Shown one piece after another: positions 1-14,700 of a DNA stretch of 64,000 nt (its first letter is position 1; every line of letters begins with the position of its first letter). Position numbers and translations under genes: made by a program. The stretch lies in NCBI RefSeq assembly GCF_009914755.1, contig NC_060925.1; one strand, 5' to 3'. This DNA is from the human T2T-CHM13v2.0 reference genome, Homo sapiens. Below the pieces are notes generated by a model. The model ran no database searches, was not told the origin of the DNA, and saw nothing but the letters and a program-made list of their open reading frames with translations.

Positions 1-49
1 ATGCATTAGAAGAAAAGTCAAAATGCAGAGAAGTGAAAAAAGTATTATG

Positions 50-187
50 GAATCATCTAGTTCCCTGATTCCAGACACATTCAGCGTCATGTTTGCCCTT
101 TACAATTAGTTGAGTTAATAAAGCCCCTAATTTTTTTAAGCTACTTTGCAGATTTCTGACCCCTGAAACTAAAAGAACAATGACATA
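50..187 (+). mobile_element. MLT1-like MaLR LTR 3' end (old, fragment)
   Basis: tgagttaataaagccc...ttaagctactttgcagatttctgacccctgaaactaaaagaacaatgaca resembles the MLT1 3' terminus. Confidence 0.5.
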
Positions 188-269
188 CATAAAGAATGCC
201 AGAGAATTTCAAGCCTTTGGTTGCGTCTGATGACTTTTTTCTCCATAATTGAAAGTAGATGGTATTTAA

Positions 270-665
270 CCTTTACATGTCCAAGCCAGATATCGAACAA
301 TACAAATGTACAATTATATACCAGTGAATACATGTGTATCATCAATATATGTGTAATCTAACAATATAGCCTGAAAATACAATATGCAAGAACAAACAGA
401 ATTGCAAGAAGAAATAGATAAATCAGCAACAAGCAGCAAATCTATTAGAGAAGAAACAGAGATTAGCCATGGGACAACACTAATTAGATTTTACAATGGA
501 ATTATCAGCCACAGTAGAGACTGAAAACACAATGTAATAATATCTTCAAAATCCTGAGGGGAAAAAAATAGCTTTTAATAAAAAAACTATACCTAGCTAA
601 ACTGTCATCAGGAATAAAGATATATTTTCAGATATATAATGACTTACAGAATATAAAACAAACCA
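270..665 (+). mobile_element. Ancient L1M fragments (ORF2 endonuclease-like piece, then ORF1 C-terminal-like piece)
   Basis: cagaattgcaagaagaaatagataaatc resembles ORF2 EN; aatatcttcaaaatcctgagggg...ctatacctagctaaactgtca resembles the ORF1 3' part. Confidence 0.55.
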
Positions 666-957
666 TCTCAGTAAGGATGTCAGCAAGATGACAGAATAGG
701 AGGCACAGGATTCTCCCTCCACCCACAGACACACCAAATAAACAACTACACATGGATCAGTTTCATCTGAGAAAAATCCAGAAGCTTGTTTATAGACTCC
801 TGTACACAAAGTGACTGAGGAAATTCTCACTTCAAAGCAGCATCTGCCTGAGGTTCTGGCTTTTAACTAGCTTGTGCTGGAAGCTGATGAGGTAAGCAAT
901 CTCTAGTCCTCTGGAAGCATAAAGGGGAATGTGGGCAATTCCTATGGCTTCTCTCAC

Positions 958-1258
958 TGCTATGGTTTGAATGTTTGTCCTCTCCAAAACTCACATTGAA
1001 ATTAACAAGTGGAACCTTTGAGAGGTGATTAGGTCATCGGGGCAATGCCATTATCAAAGGGTGAGTGTGGCCCCATTTTGTCTCTTTGCCTTTCTGTTTT
1101 CTGCCATGTGGTGACACAGCAGGAATGCCTTTGCCAGATGCTAGTGCCTTTATCTTGAACTTCCCAGCCTCCAGAACTGTGAGAAAATAAATTTCTGATC
1201 ATTATAAATTACCCAGTCTCAGCTATTCTGTTATAGCAACACACAATTGACTGAGACA
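958..1258 (+). mobile_element. MST-family MaLR solo LTR (internally deleted)
   Basis: TGCTATGGTTTGAATGTTTGTCC start and ataaattacccagtctcag...gactgagACA end. Confidence 0.85.
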
Positions 1259-2116
1259 TTACCCCCGGCCTCCTCCAATGATAAAATCAAACCCCCAACT
1301 TCTCCCTGGAAGAACCTGGACCACACATGTAGCACCCAACTCTTATAGCTAGTACCCAAGGAATTAACTCCAAACTTGCATATCTCTGGAAGTTGAGAAT
1401 CTAGCATCAAAGTCACTGGCTCCTGGAGCTGATGAGACAGGCAATCACTAATGCCCTGGGAATTTAAACAGGCATGTGGCATGCCCAGAGCTCCTTCTCT
1501 GGGAATAAAACCAAGCCTCCAACTTCTCCCTAGGAGTTGGCCTACCTGTCTAGTATCCCAACTTTTCTGGTCGTTACCTGAGAAGCTGGTCTCTAGCCAC
1601 CTTTATCTGACAGCTGATGGGGCCTGGCATTCACTAGACCCCTGAGAGTGACAGAGAGCAAAGAAGTGATTTGAAAGAGCATTCAGTCAGAATGAGCACA
1701 CAGAAATTTTCCACAGCTCTCCTCTCTGGCTCAGTGAAGACTGAGAGGGGAATAAACCCCAGCTTCCAGCTTCTCCATGAAGAGAAAAGGAATTGGATCA
1801 TACATCTAATACTCCAACTTTTCTAGCTGCTACTCTAGGGAATGGATCCTATCTCACTGTCTCAGAGCACTGATGAAACTTGGTAAACTTCAGTCTTCCG
1901 AGACCATTGAGAAAAAAGATGGCTCTTTGCAGCACATAATTTGAGAGGCACCCAGAATCTCTGAAGACTGGGAGAGATGGCTGTCTTACCTAATGCACAG
2001 AAACCAACTAGGAAAATGAGGAAACGGAAATATGTGACAAACAGAAGAACAAGATACTTGACCTAATGAAATTGAGATATGTAATTTGCCTGTTGGAGTT
2101 AAAAATAACCATCATA

Positions 2117-2423
<307 letters not shown>

Positions 2424-2739
2424 TCATAAAGATGCTCAATGAGATAAGGAGAATAATGTATGAACAAAGTGAGAATTCCAGCAAAGAAACAGAAAACAGA
2501 AAAGTACCAGGTATCATAGAGCTGAATAATACAATAACTGAAAAATTTCAATACAAGGGCTCAACAGCAGACTAGATAAGGAGAAGAAAGGTTCAGCAAA
2601 CTCAAAGACAAGTATCGGAAATCCTTCAGTCAAAAAAGCAAAAAGAAAAAAATGAAAAAGAGTGAAGACAGCTTAAGGTAATTGTAAAACACCATCAGAG
2701 GCAATCTCTGTAAAAATGCAATCTCCACAAAAAATTTAA

Positions 2740-3000
2740 TTTTTAAAATTTTTAGTTTTTGTGGGTATATAGTATGTGTATATACTTAAGGGGTACATAA
2801 GATGTTTTGATACAGGTATGCAGTATGAAATAATCACATCATGGAGAATGGGGTTTCCATCCCCTCAAGCATTTATCTTTTGTGCTACAAACAATCAAAT
2901 TACACTCTTTTAGTTATTTTTAAATATACAATTATTCATTATTAACTATAGTCACCCTGTTGTGTGATCAAATACTAGATCTCATTCATCCTTTTTTTTG
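2740..3000 (-). mobile_element. L1MA1-3-like 3' end, antisense, nested in the older L1
   Basis: ggggtacataagatgttttgatacagg...atggagaatggggtttccatcccctcaagcatttatc is the reverse complement of an L1MA 3'UTR. Confidence 0.85.
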
Positions 3001-4725
3001 GTAATCCCTATCAAATTTTTAAAAGCAATTTTCACAGAAATGAAATCCTAAAATTTGTACAGAACCACAAACAACCCCAAATAGCCCAAACAATCTTGAG
3101 AAAGAAGAACAAAGTTGACAACATCACACTTTCTGATTTCAAATTATACTACAAAGCTATCCTAATCAAAACAAGATGATACTAGTATAAAATCAGACAC
3201 ACAGACCAGTGGAACAGAATAAGAGAGCCCAGAAAGAAACCCACAAATAAATTGTCAAATAATAATTGACAAGGGTACCAAGAACAGACAATGGGGAAAA
3301 GACAGTCTCTTCAATAAATGGTGTTGGAAAAACTGGATATCCATATGCAAAGAAAAGAAAAATGGAATTGGACCCTTATCTTACAATATACACAAAAATC
3401 AACTCAAAATGGATTAAAGACTTAAACCTGAGACTTGAAACTGTAAAACTTCTAAGAGAAAACATAGGGAACAAGCTCTATGATGTTGGTCTTGATGAAG
3501 ATTTTTTTTTGCATATGACATCACAAGCACACAAGGAAACAGACAACAACAACAAAAAAAAAAACAATAAAAGTGGGACTACATCATGCTAAAAACAAAC
3601 TTCTGCAAAGCAAAGGAAACGATAAGATGAAAAGGCAACCTACAAAATGAAAGAAAATATTCCAAACCATATATCTAATAAAGAGTTAATATCCAAAATA
3701 TATAAGAAACTCATAGAACTTAATAGCAAAAATACAAATAGCCCAATTAAAAATATGGGCAAAGGACTTAAATAAAAATTTTTCCAAGGAAGACATAGAG
3801 TTTGCCACTAAGTATGTAAAAAGATGGTTAATATCACTAATCATCAGGGAAATGCACATCAAAACCACAATGAGATATCACTTCACACCTATTAGAATGG
3901 TTATTATCAAAAAGACAAAAAATAAGTGTTTATGAGAATGTGAGGAAAAGGGAACTCTTGCACAGTTATCAATGAGAATGTAATTTGATATAGTCATTAT
4001 GGAAAACAGTATGGAAGCTCCTCAAAAAATTAAAGGAAGTACTGCTATATATACGATCCAGCAATCCCATTTCTGAGTACATATCCAAAGGCAATGATAT
4101 CAATATGTCAACGACATATCTGTGCTCCCATGTTCATTGCAGCATTATTCACAATATCCAAAATATGGGAACAACCTAAGTGTCTATAGACTGATGAATG
4201 GGAAAAAAAATTGCCGTGTGTGTGTGTGGGTGTTTTATTCAGACTTTTATAAAGAAGGAAATCCTGCCATTTGTTACAATGTAAATGAAGTTGGAGGACA
4301 TCATGTTAAGTGAAATAAATCAGACACACAAAGAAAGTTACTGCATAATCTCACTTATTTGTGGAATCTAAAAAAGTCAAATTCATAGAAGAAGAGAGTA
4401 CAATGGTGATTTCCTGGAGTGTGGGGGGAGTGGTAGGTGGAGATGCTGGGCAAATGGAACAGTGTGTCATTATGTAGAATAAATAAGTTGTAGAGATCTA
4501 ATGTACAGCATGAGGACTATAGTTAATAGTACCGTAAGACATATGTGAAATTTCCTAAGAGATTAGATCTTAGGTGTTCTTACCATACACACACAAAATG
4601 GTAACTCTGTGAAGAGATGGATACGTTAATTCTATATTCAGTTTGTAGTAATCAGTTTCTTTTGTATATGTATATCAAAACAATACATTGTGTACCTTAA
4701 ATATATACATTTCAATTTAAAAAAT
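3001..4725 (+). mobile_element. L1MA8/9-like ORF2 3' part and 3'UTR
   Basis: Decayed ORF2 text ([20 protein letters not shown] in ORF 3266-3592). 3'UTR gagatctaatgtacagcatgaggactatagttaata. Confidence 0.92.
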
Positions 4726-5849
4726 GTTTAATTCCATAAGAAAAATAATTACTTAAGAATATACTTCATCTGGAAAGAAAATAAACTCAGAGGTCAGGTG
4801 TGGCTCACAAGAAACAATACCACAGAAATTGATTTTTTGAGTACTGCTGGATTTAATTGCTAATGACTACAAAATTAGTAACATATTTCATGTGTTTAAA
4901 AATGCAAAACCGAATTTCTACACAACAAGATAAGGAGGATGCTAATCAGTGGATATTTAAAGCATGCCAAGGTTTTCATCATGTTGAGGAGGAGGATAAG
5001 AATACAACTTGAAAATTGCTAGAAAAAGATCATTATGTATACATTAAGACTTTTTCAAAATTAAGATTATGTATACAATAAGACTTCTATTTCTGACAGT
5101 ATATTACACTAAATAACCTGAAATTTGCCATTCATTCACTCATTCATTCAATATTTCTTAAAACCTGGTTTTAGGTCTATGTTTCCCAGTAGGTCAGATA
5201 TAATGGTGCATGTACACTGCACCTGCTCAGTGTAAACTTTCCCTTTCCCACATATCTAATCTTAAATATATCCAAGCCAAGGAACCAACAATAAACCTTC
5301 ATAACAAAACTACTGGAGTAGCAGCACAACCTTCCTAAAATTTGATATTACTTCAGTCCATTTAATCATAATTTCCTTTTTACAAATTCTAACCTTATGT
5401 TGCATTCTTTAAAATGCATAGGAAAATATGGTACTCATTCAACTGTCTTAATCTATTTTCTTTAACATAATAGCAATTTTTAGATTTGATTATAACATCT
5501 GCATGCTAATCCAGTTTTTTTTAACTTAAGTCTTCAAAAATATTTTCTATTTAATAATACAATGAAAGCTATGCAGTCTTTCTCTTTCTCACTAAAGTCA
5601 GACATACTTAGTGAAAGAAAAGTACACATTATCATCAAAATCATGTTTTTTAAATCAGCAGGCATGTAAATTTTTCATGAAATGAATTTAATCCAGTTGC
5701 AAATATGGATTATTTTCAAGATGAGAGAACTCATAGATCATAAGTACACTTCCTCTCTCAAATGATAGAATTGTATGCAATATATTGAAAGTCAAGTTTT
5801 TGCTATCAGCAAATATACTCAAAACAGGTTTACCTAGTGTTTTGTCTAT

Positions 5850-6549
5850 AGTCATATGCCATGTAACGATGTTTTGGCCAACAACAAACCACATATATGA
5901 AGGAGGTCCCATAAGATTCTAATACCATATTTTTACTGTGCCTTTTCTATGTTTAGCTAAATGAATACTTACCACAGTGTCCTAGTTAGCTGCAGTATTC
6001 AAAACAGTAGCATGCTGTGTAGGTTGGTAGCATAGGAGCAATAAGCTATACCATATAGCTTAGGTGTGAAGTAGGTTATAACATCTAGGTTTGTGTAAAA
6101 ATACTCTAAGGCAGTGTTCCCCAACCTTTTTGGCACCGGGGACCTGATTTTGTGGAAGACAATTTTTCCATGGATGGGGGCCGGAAGGGAGTGGTTTGGT
6201 AGTTTCAGGATGAAACTGTGCCACCTCAGATCATCAGGCATTAGATTATCATAAGGTGCACACAACATAGATCCCTCGCACGTGCAGTTCACAACAGGGT
6301 TTGTGCTCCTATGAGAATCTAATGCCACCTCTGATCTTGACAGGAGGCAGAACTCAGGCAGTAATGCCTGCTTGCCTGCCACTCACCTCCTGCTGTGTGG
6401 CCCAGTTTCTAACAGGCCACATACCAGTACTGGTCCATGGTTCGGGGGTTGGGGAACCCTGCTCTAAGGTGTTCACCCAATTATGAAGTTACCTAGCAAA
6501 CAACGCATTTCTCAGAACATATCCCCATTATTAAACAATGCATAACTGT
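5850..6549 (-). mobile_element. Tigger3a (MER7A) DNA transposon split by MER1B
   Basis: Ends tagtcatatgccatgtaacga... and ...ttaaacaatgcataactg are flanked by TA. Internal gtaggagcaataagctataccatatagc-type text matches the Tigger3a reverse strand. Confidence 0.85.
6112..6461 (-). mobile_element. MER1B hAT-Charlie element
   Basis: TIRs CAGTGTTCCCCAACC / GGTTGGGGAACCCTG with a perfect 8-bp TSD CTCTAAGG at 6104-6111 and 6462-6469. Confidence 0.93.
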
Positions 6550-6749
6550 ATTTATAAATATATTTTGTATACTCAAATAAGGCACAGGAACTTTTAGCTG
6601 GAGCTAGTTACCTCTTTGACTACCCTATCTCTTTCTCTTCTTATTTCAGGGCAGGAATATTTTTCAATACTGTATCATTTCATGTGAACACACTCAGTTC
6701 TTTGTCAAATGTACAGATGCAGCTAGTGTAAATATGCTCATTACCCACT

Positions 6750-7610
6750 ATGGCAGAGAATAGCTGTCCGCCAACTCATTATCCCTTCTCCTGGGCACAC
6801 AGCTCTACTGCACTTTCTAGCCTCCTTTGTAGTTAGGTGTGGGTATGCTAACTTAGTTCTAGGTAACAAAATGTGGACAGAAGTGATAGGCATTATTACT
6901 AGACCCTGCCCATAAACCCCTCCCATCCACTATCTGGCTGTCAATGCCCACGTGATGTTGAAAGCCACCTGCTAAAGATGGCATACCAATGAAGGCCAAG
7001 ATGTCCAAATGGCCATGTGTAGCACAGTCCTCCTAAACCTGATTTCTACCATCCCTAACACACAAGTATACCATTGTGAACCCAATATTGCTATTATGTG
7101 AGCCGGAAATAAACTACTATGTTAAACCATGGCAATTTTAAGGTTTATTTAATAAGAGCAACTATTCTATCACAATCAATACTGAAAGTCATGCATCAAA
7201 ATGGACTACTGCTATGAGAAAAATCTAAAATATGTGTCACTTGTGGCCAGGCAGTAAATAATAAGAAATTAATGTCTGAGGATCGAAAGATGGAGATTCT
7301 TGGCATGCAGTGGCAAAGCATTTGGTAAAACTATTGCCTGCAAAAACTGGAAGATAAACAAAAGTAATATTTACCATCACTTTATCTACCTTCTGCCAGT
7401 ACACCCTTGGAAGCCATATGTTTAAAATGGAGGCTCCATAAAATTGAAGGAACATAGATGCTTGAGTCACTGCTTGTAGGAGAGGCCAACCCTGTCAATT
7501 ATATACAAGATATTTTTTAACTTTATATGAAATGGAAATAAACTTTACAATATTAGAACCATTACACATTTTAGGTATTTTTGTTACAGTAGATATTTTG
7601 ACTGATACAA
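6750..7610 (+). mobile_element. MLT1-family MaLR LTR/internal fragments
   Basis: ctagcctcctttgtagttaggtgtggg...aaaatgtggacagaagtgat, plus two LTR-like 3' ends (gaaataaact...) near 7110 and 7540. Confidence 0.7.
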
Positions 7611-7744
7611 ACACTCTGAGGTTCCTTTGTAAAATTGAAGCAAATCACTTCTGCTCTTCAGTACAATTATTGGTAACAACAGAGAAAGTTACTTTGGTGA
7701 AAGAACCTTGAAAACTTCAAATCAATGAGCATTTCACTTCAAAG

Positions 7745-7990
7745 TCAGTATTGCGGGTAAGGATTAAAAGCATGAGTAAAGGGTTCCAAGGAGTCTAGTC
7801 TTGAATGCCAACTCTCTCATTTTCTAGTTGTATGGCCTTGAACAAATCGATGTATCATCTTGAAACCTCTTTGTTCTCATGCATAAATTGAGGATAACTT
7901 GCCCTAATTTGTAGGGTTGCCATAACAATATTACAATATACACAATATGCTTAAGGCAAAGTCACGCATTTAATAAAGTGCTCAGTTGAT
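7745..7990 (+). mobile_element. MIR
   Basis: ctagttgtatggccttgaacaaat...ctcatgcataaaattgaggataa core. Confidence 0.7.
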
Positions 7991-9480
7991 TCTTTCCTCA
8001 TCCTATCGTATTTTCAGAGTACTAAATGAACCTTAGAAAACTAGTAGTTTGTATTGATATATAAGATCACTTCAGAAGAGAAGATTTAATTTAGTAAAAA
8101 ACTCCATCCAACTCCAATGAACATTAATAAAAAAACATAATAAAGGCATAATACAAGTACAGATTAATAGGGTCAGGGAGAGACAAAGAGCCAGTCTTCC
8201 CAGCACATTTCAGTAAAAGCCTCTCCAGGAATTATTTCCCTCCTATATCTTGATTCCTCTATACCTCCTCAATCTCACTCTCCTTTGCCAAGTGCTGAAA
8301 GCCTAAAAGACAGTGACAAAATAGATAATAAATCAGATATTTCTTTGTCAACAGAGATTGTTACTACATTCCCATAATTTGCACAAAACTAAAGATAGCA
8401 GATCTTGCTACTTTTTCAAGGTAATCTCACATTATTAAGGGGAGCATTCCAGTAAGCATAACTGATAATGATAGCAATACTTTTATGTTTGCTAAGCATT
8501 CTATAAAGTTCAAAGCATTTTCAAATCCACTTTCTCATTATATTGAAAGAAACATGATCAAGTAAACCTTGCAGTCATGAATTTCATGGGCCAAGGAGAG
8601 TTTATGTTGGTTTTGTCAGTCTCCGGTAAACTGCCATATCACCCCAAAGGACATCTGAAATAGTTTACACTCCAGGTTCTTACACAGAGGCTTCTTGCTG
8701 AGTAATTATGCTTATCTGATGAATTGTTATCTGAATCAAAAGCTTCAGGCATAGAGAAATGACAGATGCCAATGAATAATGCCAAAGCCAAATGCTTAAT
8801 AAAACAGCGTTATACAGCAAAATAATTAACTTCCATAGTTCTTTTTAAAAACCTGCTTTCTGTCTAGGCACACATGTGCTAAAAATGAATCTAACAAGTT
8901 CAAGTCACACATACAAAGCTGATAATTCAAATACAATGAGAATAAAATTACTGAAGTTCTTTGTGATGAAACAATGCATAAGATAGATTCAAGCCCTAAA
9001 AGCAAGTGTAAAAATCAGCACATGGTACCCAGTGACGTGCCAACAATAGTTTTGTTAACAAAAGCAACAGAAGAAAGGCCGCAATTTTGATGCACCAAGT
9101 AAATGGTCAAATTCTGTACTACACACACATGCACACTCACAGGCACGCACAACATGCACATACACACACATGAAGCTTCTCTGAGTACAGAGCTACTTGT
9201 TTCAAAGTCAGTGACAGTTCTGTGCCTGATAGACCTTGTTTTCCTGCAGAGGAGGGCACAGATTTAGCTGAATAAGACTAAACACTGATCAAAGGACAGA
9301 AAAACATTTTTGCCTGTATATCTGGCAGCATGTTTTTAGCCAGCAGCGTTTTACCTTAACATGGCCTCATGGGAAGTCTGAACTCACAAGAAATTAGTCA
9401 TTTACAGTGCCAACTACAGTATGGACCCTCAATTAATAATCATGCATGAAGAAAATAAAGATATATTTCAAGATCTCTAC

Positions 9481-9671
9481 TTTCTTTTTTATTTGTTTAT
9501 TTTTTTATTATTATACTTTAAGTTCTAGGGTACATGTGCACAACGTGCAGGTTTGTTACATATGTATACATGTGCCATGTTGGTGTGCTGCACCCATTAA
9601 CTGGTCATTTAGCATTAGGTATATCTCCTAATGCTATCCCTCCCCCCTCCCCCTACTCCACAACAGTACCC
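9481..9671 (-). mobile_element. 5'-truncated L1PA3-5-like 3' end
   Basis: ttatactttaagttctagggtacatgtgcacaacgtgcagg with a T-rich tail. TSD ACTTTCTT on both sides, and a TTCTT/AAAA endonuclease-type site. Confidence 0.95.
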
Positions 9672-10227
9672 ACTTTCTTAAAATAAAAATTTATATTCTT
9701 TTCACCTATAAATGGACTTAGAAAAATTAATATTACAAAAATGGCTCAAATAGGATTTTAGCATATTTTTTGAATAAGTCCCAGTATTGTAATGTAATAG
9801 GCCTCGCACTGGGAACTTAAGAGTGGGGGCTCCGCCTTGCTGAGCTAGCAATTTGCTCTGCCATGCCTCAAACCACTCAACCGCTCATGAGCCTTAATTT
9901 CCTTATCTGACTCACATTTTCCTTGCTTACGTCACAGAGTTATTCTGAGAATTAAATAAGATAAACATACTCTGACAATTAGAGTGTTACATGAACAAAA
10001 GGTACTATTGTCATTATGTTTTATTCGAAGTAATACAGCCACAGGAATCTTTACAAAAATACACAGATATTCCTGTATAGTTTCACTTTACCTCAACTCT
10101 TTCTCAAATCTTCTCTCAAGTCAGGCCAATTAACACTTCTCCTGGATAGTGTTAATACATATTAATAATTTATAGTTGTGGAGTCACTATCTCAGTACTT
10201 GAATCACATTCTCTTCAAAAAATGCAC

Positions 10228-10574
10228 TAACTCTGGTTTGGCTCTGTGTCCCCAACCATATGTTACGGTGGGAGGTGACTGGATCATGGGGTCAGATTTC
10301 CCCTTTCTTTTTTTGTGATAGCCAGTGAGTTCTCACGAGATCCGGTTATTTAAAAGTGTGTAACACTTCCCCCTTTGCTCTCTCTCTCCTGCAGCCATGC
10401 GAAGACATGCTTGCTTCCTCTTCACCCTTCTGCCATGATTTTAAGTTTCCTGAGGCGTCCCCAGTCATGCCTCCTATACAGCCTGTGGAACTATGTGTCA
10501 ATTAAACCTCTTTTCTTTATAAATTACCTAGTCTCAGGTAGTTCTTTATAGCAGTGTGAGAAAGCACTAACACA
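10228..10574 (+). mobile_element. MSTA-like MaLR solo LTR
   Basis: tggtttggctctgtgtcccc...aattaaacctcttttctttataaattacc...ctaacaca. Confidence 0.9.
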
Positions 10575-11779
10575 CTCTTATAAACCTCTCAAGTAATATG
10601 TGCTGTAATCAAATTGTCCATTGGTAAATCAAGTTCCCACACATGCTGAAAGAATTATTGGCCTGTCATAATACTTAGGTTGCAATGAGAGAAAAAGATT
10701 GTGTCTACATAAACGGCCATGGAACTACTCTGACAATAATACTCGGTCAGGCTAATCCAACATGGAATATGCTCTGAGTCACCAAAAGTGAAAGCTGGAA
10801 AACCAGGTCTGTAGTGTATCCTGCCACTATATGTGTAGGCTGAATATGCAAAGACCTGAGGAAATGTAGGATATTTTTAAAGAGAGATTTTTTTTGTCTA
10901 CATTTTGCTGCTTAGTTATGTTTTGTATTTTGCCCCTAAACAGTGAGGGGATTTTTTTTACTAATCTTTATCATTTTTTCCACTTTTAAAGATTCATTTT
11001 TGTAACTTTTATGAGATAATCAAACTACACAAGTATTTTTATAACTCTAAATCGGCAAAGTAACTCGATACATGCTTGTGTGTCATAAAGTTATCTTAAA
11101 ATAATTAATATACAGTATTTCCATTTTCCCCAAGGTTATCCTTATTCCACAAATGAGAAATTCTCACATTTGTAATTTTACTTTTGGTCATTAAAAAACA
11201 GGGAAAAGCAAGCACTGCTGTTAAAATAATAGTTACCTTTAGGGGAAGTGGTAGTAATTGGGAAGGGGCATTAAAGGGATTCTGGGGGACCAATAACATA
11301 TATTTCTTAATGTTTGTGGTAGTTACATGGATCTGTTTATTTTGCAATAATTCATCAAGCTGCTATCATATAATGATGTGTATATTTTTCTTTGTATGTA
11401 TGTCAATAAAAAACATTAAAAATTGCATAGAACATAGGAATATTGAAAATTTATACCTCAATCACTATGCTAACCCCATATTTATGAAATTTTCAGTTTT
11501 ACAGATAAAATGTAGACACAACCATAGATATATACCTTTTCTTTTCTTTTTGTTTCTACTAAAAAATATAAATCTTTTATATAAAGGACCAAGTAAAGGA
11601 TGTCAATACTGGAAACTAATTTGAAATCTGTACATGTAAAATCATTGTGGAAGCCTGTCATTAAAGTTCTAAATTAGGGCAAAATCATTATCTTCTTTGC
11701 CTCAGTATACAAAAGTTTTCTGTAACTAGGGAAATACCGCTCTATCCCCCAGTTTGTCAGTGTAAATAATTATTTCCCT

Positions 11780-14700
11780 TTTTTATAATTTCAACTTTTA
11801 TTTTAGATTCAAGGGATACATACATAGGTTTGTTACATGGGTATATTGCATGATACTCATGTTTGCGTTATGAATGATCCCATCATCCAAATAGTGAGCA
11901 CAGTACCCAATAGAGTGGTTTTTCAGCTCTTTCCTCTTCCCCCTCTCCCCTCTCTAGTAGTCTTCAGTGTCTATTTTTCCCATCTTTGTGTCCATAGGTA
12001 CCCAATGTTTAGCTGTCAGTGAGAATCACAATATTTTGGTTTTTGTTCCTTCATCATTTCATTTAGGATGATGACCTAGAGCTGCACCCATGTTGCTGCA
12101 AAGGACATGATTTTGTTCTTTTTATGGCTGCATAGTATTCCATGGTATTTCACAGTATATGGAAAATATTTTCTTTATTCACATTTTCTGTATTCAATCC
12201 ACTGATAATGGGCACCTAGTTTGATTCCATGTCTTTGCTACTGTGAATAGTGCTGTGATGAACAAATGAGTGCATGTGTCCTTTTGGTAGAATGATTTGT
12301 TTTTCTTTGGGATACTAATGGGATAGCTGGAATAAATTGTAGTTCCGTTTTAAGTTCTTTGAGAAGTCTCCAAACTGCTTTCCACAGTGGCTGAACTAAT
12401 TTACTTTTCCACCAACAGTATATAAGTCTTCCCTTTTCTCTGCAGCCTCACCATCATCTGTTATTTTTGGTCTTTTCAATAAGTCATTCTGACTAGTGTG
12501 AGATGGTATTTCATTATGGGTTTGATTTTCATGCCTCTGATGATTAACGGTATGGAGCATTTATTCATACTTTTTTCGCTGTTTGAATGTCTTCTTTTCA
12601 GAAGTGTCTGCTCATGTCCTTTGCCCACTTTTTAATGGGGTTATCTGGGTTTTGCTTGTTGAGTTCTATAAGATACTTTTGGATTTCAGATATTGGACCT
12701 TTGTTGGATGCATAGTTGCAAATATTTTCTCCTATTCTGTGTGTTGTTGTTTAATTTGTTGATAGTTTCTTTTGTTGTGCAAAATCTATTTAGTTTAGCT
12801 AGGTCTCACTTGTTTTTTGTTTTATTGAAATTACTTTTGAGGAAAGACTTAGTCATAAACTATTTGCCAAGACTAGTGTCCAAAATGGCATTTCCTAGAA
12901 TTTTTTCTAGGTTTTTTATAGTTTGAGGTTTACATCTAAATATTTAATCCATCTCACATTAATTTTTGTATATGGTTCAAGGTAGGGGTCTAGTTTCATT
13001 CTTCTGCATATGGCCAGCAAACTATCCCAGTACCATTTATTGAATAGGAAGTCCTTTCCCCATTGCTTATTTTTGTTGATTTTGTTGAAGACCAGACAGT
13101 TGTAGGTGTGTGGGTTTATTTCTGGGTTCTCTCTTCTGTTCCATTGGTCTGTATGTCTGTTTTTGTACCAGTACGATGTTGTTTTGGTTACTGTAGATTT
13201 ATAATATCATTTGAAGTTGGATCATGTGATGCCTCAAGCTTTGTTCTTTTTGCTTAGGATTACTTTGGCTATTCAGGTTCCTTTTTGGTTCTATGTGAAC
13301 TTTAGAATAGTTTGTTTCTAATTCTATGAAAAATGATGTTGATTGATAAGAACAGGCTTGAATCTATAGATTGCTTTGGGTAGTATTGCTATTTTAATTA
13401 TATTAATTTTTCCAATTGACGAGCATGGAATGTATTTCCATTTGTGTCATCTGTTATTTCATTCAGCAGTGTTTCGTAGTTCTTGGAGAGCTCCGTCACC
13501 TCCATGATTGGATGTACTCCTTGGTATTTTATATATTTTTGTGGCTTTTGTAAATGGGATTATATTCTTGGTTTGACTCTCAGCTTGAATGTTATTGGTG
13601 TAGAAATCCTACAGATTTTTTACATTGATTTTGTATGCTGACACTTTACTGAAGTTGTTTATCAGGTTTTTGGTGGAGTCTTTTGGGTTTTCTAGGTATA
13701 TAATCATATTGTCAGTAAAGAGAGATAATTTGACTTATTTTCCTATTTGGATCCCTTTAATTTATTTCTCTTACCTGATTGCTCTGTCTAGGACTTTCTG
13801 TGCTATGTTGAAGAGGAGTAGGAATCCTTGTCTGGTTCCTATTCCTATTCTTTTTTTTTTTTTTTTTTTTTTTTTGAGACTGTGTCTCACTGCCCAGGCT
13901 GGAATGCAGTGGCTTGATCTTGGCTCACTGTAATCTCTGCCTCCCAGGCTAAGTGATCTTCCCACCTCAACCTTCCAAGTAGAATGGAACCACAGGCACA
14001 ATGCCCAGCTAATTTTTGCATTTTTTGTAGAGATGGGGTTTTACCATGTCACTAAGTCTGATAGTTCCTATTCTTAAAGAGGATGCTTCCAACTTTTGCC
14101 CATTCAGTATGATGTTGGCAATGGGTTTATCACAGATGGTGCTAATTATTTTGAGATACATTCTTTCAATGCCTAGTTTGTTGAGAGTTTTTATCGTGAA
14201 AGGATGTTAGATTTTATTTAAAGCTTTCTCTGCATCTATTGAGATGATTGTATGGTTGTTGCTTTTATTTCCATTTGTGTGGTTGATCACATTCATTGAT
14301 TTGCATATGTTGAACTGACCTTGCATCCCAGGAATGAAGCCTACGTGATCGTGACAAATTAACTTTTTGATGTGCTACTGGATTTGGTTTGCTAGCATTT
14401 TGTTGAGAATTTTTTTGTGTCTATGTTTATTAGGGGTACTGACCTGTGGTTTTATTTTTTCATTGTGTCTTTGCCAGGTTTTGGTACTATGGCGAGGCTG
14501 GCTTTATAGAATCAGTTAGGGAGAAGTCCCTCCTCCTCGATTTTTTAAATGGTTTCAGTAGAATTGGTACCAGCTCTTCTCTGTACCTATGGTAGAATTC
14601 AGCTGTGAGTCTGTCTGGTCCAGGACTTTTGGGGAGTTGGTAGGTTTTTTATGACTGATTCCATTTCAGAACTCAATATTGGTTTGTTCAAGGTATCACA

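Noticed and set aside
11184-11624. 146-aa ORF
   Set aside because: It overlaps L1ME-like 3'UTR text, is AT-rich, has a non-ATG start and no recognisable domain.
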